This document shows, piece after piece, positions 30,179 to 39,964 of a DNA stretch of 64,000 nucleotides. Within the stretch, counting starts at the first letter, position 1; the number at the start of each line of letters is the position of its first letter. Under the pieces are notes generated by a model. The model ran no database searches. It was not told the DNA's origin and saw only the letters and a program-made list of their open reading frames with translations. Made by a program: the position numbers and the translations under genes. This DNA is from Candidatus Bathyarchaeota archaeon (GTDB lineage: Archaea; Thermoproteota; Bathyarchaeia; Hecatellales; Hecatellaceae), in the NCBI GenBank assembly GCA_052246995.1, contig JBQPWD010000001.1:206652-270651 (forward strand), written 5' to 3'.

Positions 30179-30943
30179 TCATGCTACTCTTAGTGGCATG
30201 ATGATTGGATGTGGATCATCTAAAACAATAACCTCAACATTGTAAACTTCTTTGATGTTTTCCCGTGTAAAAACTTGATTTGGTTTTCCGGCGGCAAACA
30301 CTCTTCCATCTTTGAGGAGAACTGCAAAATCTGAGAAGCGATAAGCTAAATTAAGGTCATGCATAGCCATTATAATGCATATATAACGGTCTCTCGACAA
30401 CCTCTTTATGAGGTTAAGTATTTCAAGTTGATGTTTGAGGTCTAGATTGCTTGTGGGCTCATCTAAGAGTAGTACTTGTGGCTCTTGGGCTAAAGCTCGT
30501 GCTATAACGATTTTTTGTTTTTCACCTCCGCTTAACTCGTCAAAATACCTGTTTGCAAGTTTTTCCGCTCCGACTGATTCTAATGCTTTAAACGCGATTT
30601 CTCTATCTTGTTCACTCAGTGACCAAGTTACATACGGTTTTCTTCCCATAAGAACTATTTCGAATGCTGTCATCGGGGTCGTTATTGAGGATTGAGGTAC
30701 ATATCCCATTTTTCTTGCTATCTCGTTTCGACTTAGTTTGTTGACATTGACATCATCAATTAAGACACTACCTACCTTGGGTTTCAGCATGTTACTAATA
30801 CATCTAAGAAGCGTAGTCTTGCCAGAGCCGTTTGGACCGGCAATTGACGTTACCTGCCCATCCTCAAATCTGAGGTTAACATCATCCAGTACCTTAACGC
30901 TATCGTAGTAAACCGAAACTCCCTTGACCGAAATCCTCACCAT
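30179..30943 (-). CDS. ABC transporter ATP-binding protein (FecE/BtuD/FepC iron-siderophore/cobalamin type)
   Basis: Walker A GPNGSGKTT, signature LSGGEKQK, Walker B LLLDEPT. Confidence 0.88.
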   Translation of the reverse strand: MVRISVKGVSVYYDSVKVLDDVNLRFEDGQVTSIAGPNGSGKTTLLRCISNMLKPKVGSVLIDDVNVNKLSRNEIARKMGYVPQSSITTPMTAFEIVLMGRKPYVTWSLSEQDREIAFKALESVGAEKLANRYFDELSGGEKQKIVIARALAQEPQVLLLDEPTSNLDLKHQLEILNLIKRLSRDRYICIIMAMHDLNLAYRFSDFAVLLKDGRVFAAGKPNQVFTRENIKEVYNVEVIVLDDPHPIIMPLRVA

Positions 30944-31977
30944 ATCTCCTTTTTCACCTTAATCAGTAGAGATATGAAGAATGGGACTCCTATGAAGGCT
31001 GTTACAACTCCAACTGGAAGCTCTACTGAACCCAGTATGACTCTTGCAACGGTATCCGATACCAGTAGAAGTAACGCTCCTACCAATGCAGAACCGACCA
31101 TTGAAAATCTATTATCAACCCCAAGAAGAAAACGAGCTATATGGGGTGAAACCAAGCAAATGAATCCTATAGGTCCGGTTAAGCATACAACAATAGCTGT
31201 GCTAAGAGTGGAAAGAATTATGCAAGTTATCCTCACTTTTTTTGGGTCTGTCCCAAGGCTTTTGGCTACCTCCTCACCCATCATTAAGGCATTAAGGTCC
31301 CATGCATATTTTAACAAGGGCGCACAAACAATAAGAGCTGGGAAAATCAGTGTGAGGCGATACCAATTAGCCCTTCTTAAATCACCCATCATCCAGTAAA
31401 CTAACTCAGCCAATTGCCACTCTCTAGCTATGTACTTCAAAAGTGTTATTCCAGCTGAGAAAATGTACGTTATTGCTATTCCTGCTAATATAACTGATTG
31501 AATGCTCATACCCCTAAGCCTAGCTATTGTTATTGGTGTTATACCTGCGAGAAAAGCGAATATGAACGCGTTAAACATTATTAAATAAACACCAAATCCT
31601 CCAAGTCCAACGCCTAATACTATCGCAAGGGCGGCACCAAATGAAGCCCCTGAACTTATTCCTATGGTGAACGGGCTTACTAGTGGATTTCGTAAAGCAG
31701 CTTGCAACGCTGCGCCTGTCATAGCTAAAACAGCTCCTGCAACTACCGCCATACACGCCCTTGGAAGTCTTATATCCCAAATAATTGTTTGAGAGGCTAT
31801 GTCAAAATCATTTTGACTTCCAAGTAGCGTAAGGAAAGCATCAACTACGCTTACGTGAACCACGCCAATGCTTATCGATAGGAGAAGAGCTACTGGAATC
31901 AAAAAAGATAAAAACGCTATTATAAAGGTTTTTGAGCGTATCACGGATAAGGATAAACCCAAATTCCTCCCTTCCAC
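30937..31977 (-). CDS. ABC transporter permease (FecCD/BtuC family)
   Basis: A 346-aa polytopic membrane protein with the FecCD-type hydrophobic pattern. It overlaps the ATPase gene, consistent with translational coupling. Confidence 0.85.
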   Translation of the reverse strand: MEGRNLGLSLSVIRSKTFIIAFLSFLIPVALLLSISIGVVHVSVVDAFLTLLGSQNDFDIASQTIIWDIRLPRACMAVVAGAVLAMTGAALQAALRNPLVSPFTIGISSGASFGAALAIVLGVGLGGFGVYLIMFNAFIFAFLAGITPITIARLRGMSIQSVILAGIAITYIFSAGITLLKYIAREWQLAELVYWMMGDLRRANWYRLTLIFPALIVCAPLLKYAWDLNALMMGEEVAKSLGTDPKKVRITCIILSTLSTAIVVCLTGPIGFICLVSPHIARFLLGVDNRFSMVGSALVGALLLLVSDTVARVILGSVELPVGVVTAFIGVPFFISLLIKVKKEIW

Positions 31978-32939
31978 TCAACTTTTAAGTCATTCTCAAT
32001 CCAATGTCTAAGGTAAATTTCCGGTTCTAAATCTTTAAACAGGTCTGGATATAGAAGTTTTGCTACATAAGCTGTCTCAGCGATAAATCCAAAAACGTAA
32101 TGGAGATGCTCACTACATATAAGGTAAACTTTTCCATCCTTCACGGCTTTAATCTTGCTCCAGCCAGTTCTTCCCATTATATCGTTCCTTAGCTCCTCAA
32201 GGGCTTTAGGGTCTGTTGCACCGTATGGTTTGAATACTTTGGGTCCAACGGCTTTAAGTATGACGTCGGGGTTCTCCTGAATTACAGCTTCAGGACTTAC
32301 CTTAGGATATGGAACTGGCGACTCGGCAAACACGTTAATCCCGCATGCCAGTTTTAAGATGTCATCCCAACCTGTACCAAATCCAACAGCAGTATAATCC
32401 GTATATCCCTCCCAATAAACCCTTATCCTCTGCTCTGGCTTCAATTTTTCTGTACGCTCTTTAATCGAATCTAGGATATTCTTCCAGTAACTAGTAAGTT
32501 CCTCAGCTTCCTTAGTACGATTCACCAATAACCCTAGTGTTTTAAATTCGGCAAACATGGACTCTACTTTGTAAAAATCAAGTCGAACCACCTTAATGCC
32601 AAGTTTTTCAACCTTCTCCTCAAGATCCTCACTCTTAGGATTTTCCACGTAAGTTATAACAACATCGGGCTTAACAGCTATTATTGCTTCAATGTTTGGC
32701 TTATAGCAGGTACCAATGTCTCTAACGTTTGGAGCCCACGGTGCCCCTACCGCGTACGTTGTTATCCCAACTATTGAATCTTTTACACCCAGGGCGACAA
32801 GAGCCATGACGGAATCGCTTGTTAAACATGCTACCCTCTTAACAGGCCATGGAATTTCAACGTATCTTCCAGCTGAATCGACGATTGTAATGGTTTGTAT
32901 TGGAGACCTCACAGTAACTTCATGGGTAGGCTTTAGCAT
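31941..32939 (-). CDS. Periplasmic-type substrate-binding protein (BtuF/FhuD class III SBP)
   Basis: Class III solute-binding-protein fold (VACLTSDSVMALVALGVKDSIVGIT); first gene of a three-gene operon with the permease and ATPase. Confidence 0.75.
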   Translation of the reverse strand: MLKPTHEVTVRSPIQTITIVDSAGRYVEIPWPVKRVACLTSDSVMALVALGVKDSIVGITTYAVGAPWAPNVRDIGTCYKPNIEAIIAVKPDVVITYVENPKSEDLEEKVEKLGIKVVRLDFYKVESMFAEFKTLGLLVNRTKEAEELTSYWKNILDSIKERTEKLKPEQRIRVYWEGYTDYTAVGFGTGWDDILKLACGINVFAESPVPYPKVSPEAVIQENPDVILKAVGPKVFKPYGATDPKALEELRNDIMGRTGWSKIKAVKDGKVYLICSEHLHYVFGFIAETAYVAKLLYPDLFKDLEPEIYLRHWIENDLKVEWKGGIWVYPYP

Positions 32940-33135
32940 ATAACCAGCATAGAATGAAAAAAATATACAAATACATAGAACAATAACCGTTAAAACTTTA
33001 ACTTTACCCGTGATAAAGCACCCCTAGACTTTAACCATCTCAGTCAAACTTGTCTTGAAACTTTGTGTATTTAAGTTTGGTGTTTCAAATGAAACATGCT
33101 TAAAAACATTTTCTATGTTAATAAAATAGTAGGAG

Positions 33136-33999
33136 ATGGTCTTTTTGTATATTTTGGCTTATGATATAAATCCAAAAAACCCCCCACACGGGTTAAGGGT
33201 GAAGCTTGTAAGATCTCTTAGAAGAAATAAAGCTATCCGGCTGCAAAGGTCTTTATGGCTTTTACCTAACATTTCTAAGGATGTTTTAAGTGTTGTTGAT
33301 GAGGTAAAGAGAAGTAAAAATCTTGTTGTTTTTTCCAAGTTTAAGCCGATTTACCCCTTTCCTATAAAACATGTTGGTATAATAATTCCTCACGCACATT
33401 CTACTTTGACAGTGTTGCATTTTCGGCGAAAGATAGAGGAATTTTTGATAAGTGAAGGTATTACTGCTAGTGTATATTTTAATGGTCGGAGACGTCTTTT
33501 GAGTGCTACCCTTGATGAAGTTTGCACGAAGGTTGATGCTGTTATTTTCATCATGAAAAGTAAAAATGTTAAAAAGGGGGTATATCATGGTGGAATAATC
33601 TATGAGGCTTCAAACTTTGCAAAACTTCTCGGTACACCCCTTTTTCAGATACTTTGTGTAGAGGGGGATAAAAAACCAACCTTGGTTGTATGGGCTAAAG
33701 ATTTAGACAACCAGTTTTGTAGAAAACTTTCAGAAAAACTTGGTTTAGAAGTGATTAACGGGTTTGTTGTTCCCAAAAGGGTTTGGAAAAGAGGAAAATT
33801 AGTTTATAGAAGAATTTTAGGAGTTATACCTGGTGAAGAAATTATCGTTAACGGTGTTCCTGTAGCAAGAGCAGAAAGGGAAGAAGTAATTCTTATTGCC
33901 CATAAGGAAAAAATAATGGATATACTTGGGGCTAGACCTTATAAAAACCTTAGAAACCTTAAAGTTAAACTAGAAAAGGCGCTAATAAAAAGTGTTTAA
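33136..33999 (+). CDS. Hypothetical protein with Cas2/VapD-like N-terminal domain and unknown C-terminal domain
   Basis: N-terminus LYILAYDINPKN...RVKLVRSLRRNKAIRLQRSLWLL resembles the Cas2 beta-alpha pattern. The remaining roughly 210 aa are unassigned; no cas genes or CRISPR lie nearby. Confidence 0.35.
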   Translation: MVFLYILAYDINPKNPPHGLRVKLVRSLRRNKAIRLQRSLWLLPNISKDVLSVVDEVKRSKNLVVFSKFKPIYPFPIKHVGIIIPHAHSTLTVLHFRRKIEEFLISEGITASVYFNGRRRLLSATLDEVCTKVDAVIFIMKSKNVKKGVYHGGIIYEASNFAKLLGTPLFQILCVEGDKKPTLVVWAKDLDNQFCRKLSEKLGLEVINGFVVPKRVWKRGKLVYRRILGVIPGEEIIVNGVPVARAEREEVILIAHKEKIMDILGARPYKNLRNLKVKLEKALIKSV

Positions 34000-34113
34000 C
34001 AATTCTTAGTGGAATAAATGTAACGAACAAAAAGTGTGAAACTGTGTCGATATCTCAATAAGTCGAAAACTTTTATGCAAGCCTCAATTTTAAACTTCTA
34101 AGGGAAAAATGAA

Positions 34114-35490
34114 TTGGATCCGCAACCACTTAAGGAATTTTTTGAACCTTTAAGTGTAGCAGTTATTGGAGCATCTGAGAATCCACAAAAAATTGGGCAT
34201 GTAGTGTTGAAAAACCTGATAGAAGCTGGATATGCAGGTAATATTTTTCCTATTAATCCTAACGCTTCAGAAGTTCTTGGGTTAAAAGCTTATCCATCAA
34301 TAGAAAACGTTCCTGCTCCTGTTGATTTGGTTGTGATAGTTATACCCTCAAAAAGTGTTCCGGTTGTAATGCAGGAGTGTGCAAGAAAGAAGGTGAAAGC
34401 TGTTGTTATAATTTCTGGAGGTTTTCGTGAAATTGGCGAGTATGGGAAACAATTAGAAACGGATTTAATTAAAACAGCAAAGAAAGCAGGTATTCGAGTT
34501 ATTGGTCCAAATTGTCAAGGCATAAACAACCCGCGTGTTGGTTTATGTGCAACGTTTGGTGGTTTCTCTAAACTTCCAGGTCCTATTGCAATCATAACGC
34601 AAAGTGGGACTGTTGGAGCAGCTATTCAATGTTGGGCTGATAGAGAGGGTATTGGAATTAGTAAATGTGTCAATCTTGGCAACAAGGTTGATGTTGATGA
34701 GGTGGACCTTCTTCAATGTCTCAAAAACGATAAGGATACTAGGGTTATAGTCCTCTACGTGGAAGGGTTAGCTAGTGGAAGAACTTTTATGGACGTTGCA
34801 ACAGAGGTTTCCAGAACCAAACCAATAGTAGCTTTAAAAGGTGGAACAACAAAAGCTGGTCAAAAAGCAGCATTTTCCCACACAAGCTCGCTGGCGGGAA
34901 CTCCAGAAATGTATGAAGCTGCTTTTAAAAAGGCTGGAATTGTAAAAGCCAACAGCCTAGAAGAACTATACGACATTGCAAAAGCTTTTTCTTTTCTTCC
35001 ATTACCCAAAGGACCAGGTGTCCTGATAATAGAGTCAACAGGAGGATGTGGTGTTATAGCTGCTGACATGTGTGAAAGGTTCGGTTTGAAGCTTCCAGAA
35101 CCAGATAAAGAAGCAATAAACAAACTACGTAAAGTACTACCCGATACTTGTACATTTAGCAACCCGTTTGACTTGACCACCGAGGCATTCCAGCCTAACC
35201 GATTTAGATTAGTTATAGAAGAGAATATGGATAATGAAGAGTTTCAAGCGTTTCTCGTTATTTTTGGAGACCCGATTCAAAATGCCGCTGAAGAGATAAA
35301 AAAGGTGTCTGTGAAAACTACCAAGCCAATAATAGTTTCCTATCTTGGAGGAGGAGAAGTAGAATTAACAGAAAAAGCAAAAATGCATTCGATGGGGATT
35401 CCAGTATTTCCTACCCCGGAAAGGGCTGTTATTGCACTACATGCCCTACTTAGCTATTCAAGGTACTTGGAAAGAGTTGGTGTACAATAG
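34114..35490 (+). CDS. Acetyl-CoA synthetase (ADP-forming) alpha subunit / CoA-binding succinyl-CoA-synthetase-like protein
   Basis: CoA-binding N-terminus (SVAVIGASENPQKIGH), CoA-ligase domain (ITQSGTVGAA) and a phosphohistidine-loop-like region (GGTTKAGQKAAFSHTSSLAG); 458 aa. No adjacent beta subunit. Confidence 0.8.
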   Translation: MDPQPLKEFFEPLSVAVIGASENPQKIGHVVLKNLIEAGYAGNIFPINPNASEVLGLKAYPSIENVPAPVDLVVIVIPSKSVPVVMQECARKKVKAVVIISGGFREIGEYGKQLETDLIKTAKKAGIRVIGPNCQGINNPRVGLCATFGGFSKLPGPIAIITQSGTVGAAIQCWADREGIGISKCVNLGNKVDVDEVDLLQCLKNDKDTRVIVLYVEGLASGRTFMDVATEVSRTKPIVALKGGTTKAGQKAAFSHTSSLAGTPEMYEAAFKKAGIVKANSLEELYDIAKAFSFLPLPKGPGVLIIESTGGCGVIAADMCERFGLKLPEPDKEAINKLRKVLPDTCTFSNPFDLTTEAFQPNRFRLVIEENMDNEEFQAFLVIFGDPIQNAAEEIKKVSVKTTKPIIVSYLGGGEVELTEKAKMHSMGIPVFPTPERAVIALHALLSYSRYLERVGVQ

Positions 35491-35896
35491 TTTTAACTTT
35501 GGTTTTTATATTTTCATAGATTGAAATCTTTAAACATGGCTTATCTTTCATATTTATCGTATTTAGTTTAGACTTTGACTTTTTGGAATAGCTTGTACAA
35601 GCGTATTCACGAGATTTTGAACTTTCTTAGCTTTTTAGTGGGTGCTAACCACTACTCTCCTTGTTTTCACAAGCCTTCTGAACATACTCAGGATATGAGA
35701 ATGTTTTCTCCAAAAGCCTTCAATGAGCTAACCGTGAGAGAAAAGCTAGGGTAGAGGTGAAGGCAACGAAAATTACGTATTCCCCATGGCTTGGCTCAGA
35801 ATCCTCAACTGGTTAAAAAGTTTCTTTGTTGAAAACCATCTAAAAAAATGGGTAAGAAGTTTATGGAAACGGTTAAAAGCTTTATGTTTTTGAAGG

Positions 35897-37237
35897 CTAT
35901 TTCATCTTTTGTGCAGCATTTTCTGTTGCAAGAATTATTGGATGGTATATTGGTGGCGGGGTAAGTTGCGGTTGAGATGTGAATTGTAGTTTGATTAAAT
36001 CCTCTATTTTCATCTTTGCTTGAATGGCTAAAGTTAAAGTATTAATGATTTCTCCGGTTGTGGAACCTCCAGCAACCTGTCCCCCGATAAGTCTTCCATC
36101 ATTTTTTAAGAAAACCAGTTTTGTTGTTATGGTTTTTGTTTCAGGCATTGATGCGGGATGTTTATCATAGGTTGTTGAGTTTCCCACGATAACTTCCATT
36201 CCCTCCTTTTTAGCTGCACTTTCTGTAAACCCGGTTACACCTAAACCTAGGTCAAATATTTTTGTTGAAGCCGCAGTAATAGTATAGGGCATTTCTACTT
36301 CAAAACCAGCTACGTTTAAACCAGCTACAACCCCTTCTAAAGCAGCAATTGATGCAAGCATAGCCATGTTTGGTTTTTCCGTGACTGGAGAAATTTTTGT
36401 GCAACAATCTCCAACGGCAAAAATATCTTTAACTTCTGTTTCCATTTTACTGTTTACCTTAATTCTTCCAAAAATGTCCTTTGGTAAACCAAGCTTATCG
36501 GCAAGAAGGGTATTTGGATGTGTGCCTACACAAAGAAGAACTACATCAACATTAAGTTTTTCACCGTTTGAAAGTTTAACAAATTTAACTTCACCATTTC
36601 CTTCAAAAGATTCCACCTTGGTTTTTGTGTAAATTTTTATGTTGTTATCTTTAAGCTTTTTTTCAGCTATTTCACAAAATTCATCATCAAAGTAGGTTTG
36701 TAGACAGTGTGGGAGGATTTCAATGATACATATTTCCTTATTCTTGCTTTTTTCCCTTATATCTGCTGCAAACTCAACTCCACTTACGCCTCCACCAATA
36801 ATCGAAATGGATGAAGCTTTTTCTAATGCGTTGTAAAGCTTTCTTAAAGCTTCTACCTTTTTCTCTACAAGAAAAATGTTTTTAAGCTCTATGTTTGGGA
36901 TTTTTGGTTTAATTGGGTTTGAACCTGTTGCAAGGATAAGCTTTTCGTACTTTATGCTTCTACCATTAGCTGTTTTGACTTCTTTAACATTAGAGTCTAT
37001 GGAGATAACCTCATCAACAACAATGTTTACTCCAGCCTCAAGAAGACGCTTCTCAGAAAAGATTACTTTTTCAACGCTTAATTTGCCATATATAAAAGGG
37101 ATTGCGCATGGAACTACGGCTTCCTTTTCCATTCTCACCAATACAACATTAAGCTTGGGATTGAAAGATTTTATTGTAAAAGCTGCAGAATTTCCTCCAG
37201 GTCCTCCGCCAATAACCAAAACGTCTGCTTTCTCCAT
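35897..37237 (-). CDS. FAD-dependent pyridine nucleotide-disulfide oxidoreductase (NADH oxidase / CoA-disulfide reductase family)
   Basis: FAD motif VLVIGGGPGG, single redox Cys in AVVPCAIPF, a second dinucleotide fold (ISIIGGGVSGVEFA); 446 aa. Confidence 0.82.
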   Translation of the reverse strand: MEKADVLVIGGGPGGNSAAFTIKSFNPKLNVVLVRMEKEAVVPCAIPFIYGKLSVEKVIFSEKRLLEAGVNIVVDEVISIDSNVKEVKTANGRSIKYEKLILATGSNPIKPKIPNIELKNIFLVEKKVEALRKLYNALEKASSISIIGGGVSGVEFAADIREKSKNKEICIIEILPHCLQTYFDDEFCEIAEKKLKDNNIKIYTKTKVESFEGNGEVKFVKLSNGEKLNVDVVLLCVGTHPNTLLADKLGLPKDIFGRIKVNSKMETEVKDIFAVGDCCTKISPVTEKPNMAMLASIAALEGVVAGLNVAGFEVEMPYTITAASTKIFDLGLGVTGFTESAAKKEGMEVIVGNSTTYDKHPASMPETKTITTKLVFLKNDGRLIGGQVAGGSTTGEIINTLTLAIQAKMKIEDLIKLQFTSQPQLTPPPIYHPIILATENAAQKMK

Positions 37238-37561
37238 ACTCTAAACACCAAGCTAGATAACTACAAGGTTATTATTTATATGAACTAGTAATAAGAGTGT
37301 TTTGCTTTTCAAAACTTTTTGGGTACCTTGCCCGAATGTCCTGCATTCTGGACTTTTAAAAAGAAATTTTTATGTTTGTGTGTAGATGGCAACATCAAGT
37401 TTCCAGTTCTCATGTACCCCCTTATTATAATGCAAGTAGAAGGAAAAATTGCTTTTTGACGGAAAAGTCTTAGTTCCCTTTAGAGGAGGTTATCAAAATT
37501 TACGGTATGCTTTAAGTAAGGATAAATAGCAGAGAAACTTTTAAAATTAGTGTGCTAAAAA

Positions 37562-38155
37562 ATGCGGGTAAATGTTGGTAGAAAAACATCGGTTGTAAGC
37601 TGTAGAAGAACGATGAGTCTTAAAACTGGCGGAGGGTTAGCTCAAAGCGGAACATTTTCTGAGGCTGATTCTCCTGAGATAGTAGTTGTTGCAATGTCTC
37701 CTCATAGAAGACATGTAACTAAGCCGATATGTCAAATAACCTATGGAATTAGGGAGGCAGGTTTTGATGTTAATGTTCTCGTTTTAAACAGGGGACAAGG
37801 TATCCCTCCCGATTCTCCGTTTATAGGCAGTCCAAGCGGTGGTGTATGCGAAATAAATCTGGAGGAGATAGAAAAAATAAATAGGCATAAGCTGGCAATT
37901 CTTCATCTTGGAAGCGTAAAAGACCATGTGTTGTATAAGGCAAGGTATTTCCTACGTTTAATCAAGATTCCGGTAATTATAGTTTGCCAAGCACCCATTA
38001 CTCTAGAAGAGTTATCAAAAATGGATGAGGAGGCAAAACTTTCTGGAGGAAAGGTTGTTGGGTTGGTTACTGGTGTTGTAAGAGGTTTAGATGTTGATGA
38101 AGGAAAACTAAATGAAATAGTGGAAAATATTAGAAAAAATTTACCTAAACCTTAA
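37562..38155 (+). CDS. mcrC: Methyl-coenzyme M reductase operon protein C
   Basis: Aligns along its length with McrC as recalled: VVSCRRTMSLKTGGGLAQSGTF, VVVAMSPHRRHVTKPICQITYGIREAG, ILHLGSVKDHVLYKAR, VIIVCQ; 197 aa. Confidence 0.85.
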   Translation: MRVNVGRKTSVVSCRRTMSLKTGGGLAQSGTFSEADSPEIVVVAMSPHRRHVTKPICQITYGIREAGFDVNVLVLNRGQGIPPDSPFIGSPSGGVCEINLEEIEKINRHKLAILHLGSVKDHVLYKARYFLRLIKIPVIIVCQAPITLEELSKMDEEAKLSGGKVVGLVTGVVRGLDVDEGKLNEIVENIRKNLPKP

Positions 38156-38190
38156 AAAAATAAAGGGTTTTATTTTTTTAAAAAAAGGTT
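38156..38190. terminator. Bidirectional T-rich terminator between convergent mcrC and mcrA
   Basis: A 35-bp spacer, taaaaaaataaagggttttatttttttaaaaaaaggttttaa, gives oligo-T runs on both strands. Confidence 0.4.
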
Positions 38191-39921
38191 TTAATGTGGA
38201 GGAATAATAATATCTCTTTCTCCAGCAGGCATAAATTCACGTAAGGCGCCCTTACCGAAGCAATATCTTGGGCGTGTAAAGTCAAACTTTAGGTTTTTGT
38301 CTGCAAATGCAACCTTAATTAACGGGTTTACACACCATGCATCTCCACGTATCATGTGTGCTGCTTCAATAATTCCTGCATAAGCAGACTGATGACCAAC
38401 GTTCATAGCATAGTTGGGATAGTTAACTCCTCTTAACTCAAAAGGTAACCCTTCATCACTTCTCCATGATAAGCTGTTTGCTGAACCCATCTGGTCTTGG
38501 GCATCGTAACCGTAAAATCCAAGCCTACCCATGGATTCTCTATGTAGTAGCTGACTTAGATACCAACCGTTTAAGCCTGCTTGGGCATTTCCAGTTGCAA
38601 TTGAACATGCAACACCAGCACCAGCGGCAACAGTAGCAGCCCTCTGTGAACCTCCAAAGTGAGTTTCCATGCATGATGGGAACAGTTCATATTGTTCTAA
38701 ACCGTACATTGTAACTTCTGTTGCAACATCTTTTACTAAATCCCAGCTTGGTTTAACTTTTCCAACCTTGTCTCCAAGCTTCTTTTTAACGTAATCCCAA
38801 CCATAGTAGCAGAAGTCATCTAAGATGTTATCTGTGTATGTTGCAGTGGCATACTGGGTGAAGCCTACACCACCAGACATGTAGCTTCCAAACCAGTACT
38901 GGTCGTAAAGAACAGCCGCCATACTAATTACTTCTAATGCACACCAGCATGGGTCATCAGGCTTAACCCTTGAAGCTTGACATATATCCGCCAAAACTCC
39001 TAGCGGAATTCCTCCGGGTTCGTTTTGGCTTCTTATTCTACGCCAAGGCATTGGAGTTCCCATCTGGATTACTTCTGCATGTTTTGCTGCAAATGCAAAT
39101 TCACCAACAGCAGCCTCACCAGCCATTAAGCGGTAGGCATTTATCATGGACATGGATATCTGCATTGCAGCCCAACGGAACATTGTGCCACCGTCACACG
39201 TCATTGCAACCAACGTTGGCATCCTTAAAACTTGATATATTCTTTTACCAATTGCAGCCTTCAACTGTGCAGCTTGGTCTGCTGGAAACTCTTTGTTAAT
39301 GTCTATCAAAAACCTTTTATCAATTTTATCAGCTAACTCGTCGTCACCAGTAAACACTTTCACGTATGAGTCACTTACAAGTCCAGGGTGAGTTTCAACC
39401 ATATGCTCCTGAACAACAGCAGCACCTGGTAAAGCATGGTTTAAAACTTCAAGATAATGATTTATGGTTTCTGGTGTAACTTCTTTTCCAAGCCTTCTTG
39501 TAAGAATCATATGGGCTGCATCCAAACCAACTACAACAGTTCTTCTAATATCATGCCACATTTGATGCATTGCAGCATTATTAATAAAGTGTAAATCGTC
39601 AGGTTCACAGAAAATGTCTGTTCCTGAAAGTTGATAGGGCATAAGAACTCTTTGACCAGGACCCTTACCTAAGTGAAGCTCCGGATTGTACATTGGTATT
39701 CCACGTTCCTTAACGACTTTTTCACTATATTCATAAAACTCTCTTTTTCTCTTTGATTGCCTCCAACCACCGTAAATGTAGAATTTTGTTTTCTTCTCCT
39801 CTGGTGGCTCCTTAAACTTCTTTGTTAATGCGTAATAGAACATTCTATCCTTTTCTATGGGTGTTGGGTATTCCTTTTTAGCTTTGGCTGGTTCTTTTTC
39901 TGGTTTTGCCATAACTTTCAC
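38191..39921 (-). CDS. mcrA: Methyl-coenzyme M reductase subunit alpha
   Basis: Canonical McrA blocks are present: [72 protein letters not shown]...[13 protein letters not shown]. The start at 39921 is preceded by a GGGGTGA Shine-Dalgarno-like sequence and includes a 26-aa N-terminal extension. Confidence 0.95.
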   Translation of the reverse strand: MKVMAKPEKEPAKAKKEYPTPIEKDRMFYYALTKKFKEPPEEKKTKFYIYGGWRQSKRKREFYEYSEKVVKERGIPMYNPELHLGKGPGQRVLMPYQLSGTDIFCEPDDLHFINNAAMHQMWHDIRRTVVVGLDAAHMILTRRLGKEVTPETINHYLEVLNHALPGAAVVQEHMVETHPGLVSDSYVKVFTGDDELADKIDKRFLIDINKEFPADQAAQLKAAIGKRIYQVLRMPTLVAMTCDGGTMFRWAAMQISMSMINAYRLMAGEAAVGEFAFAAKHAEVIQMGTPMPWRRIRSQNEPGGIPLGVLADICQASRVKPDDPCWCALEVISMAAVLYDQYWFGSYMSGGVGFTQYATATYTDNILDDFCYYGWDYVKKKLGDKVGKVKPSWDLVKDVATEVTMYGLEQYELFPSCMETHFGGSQRAATVAAGAGVACSIATGNAQAGLNGWYLSQLLHRESMGRLGFYGYDAQDQMGSANSLSWRSDEGLPFELRGVNYPNYAMNVGHQSAYAGIIEAAHMIRGDAWCVNPLIKVAFADKNLKFDFTRPRYCFGKGALREFMPAGERDIIIPPH

Positions 39922-39964
39922 CCCTTTTCTTATTATAAATTATTTTTTTAATTTTAAATAAATT

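Noticed and set aside
32940-33135. Possible cobalamin riboswitch upstream of the BtuF-like binding-protein gene.
   Set aside because: No B12-box-like GC-rich conserved core is present; the region is AT-rich promoter-like DNA. Riboswitches of this class are not established in archaea.
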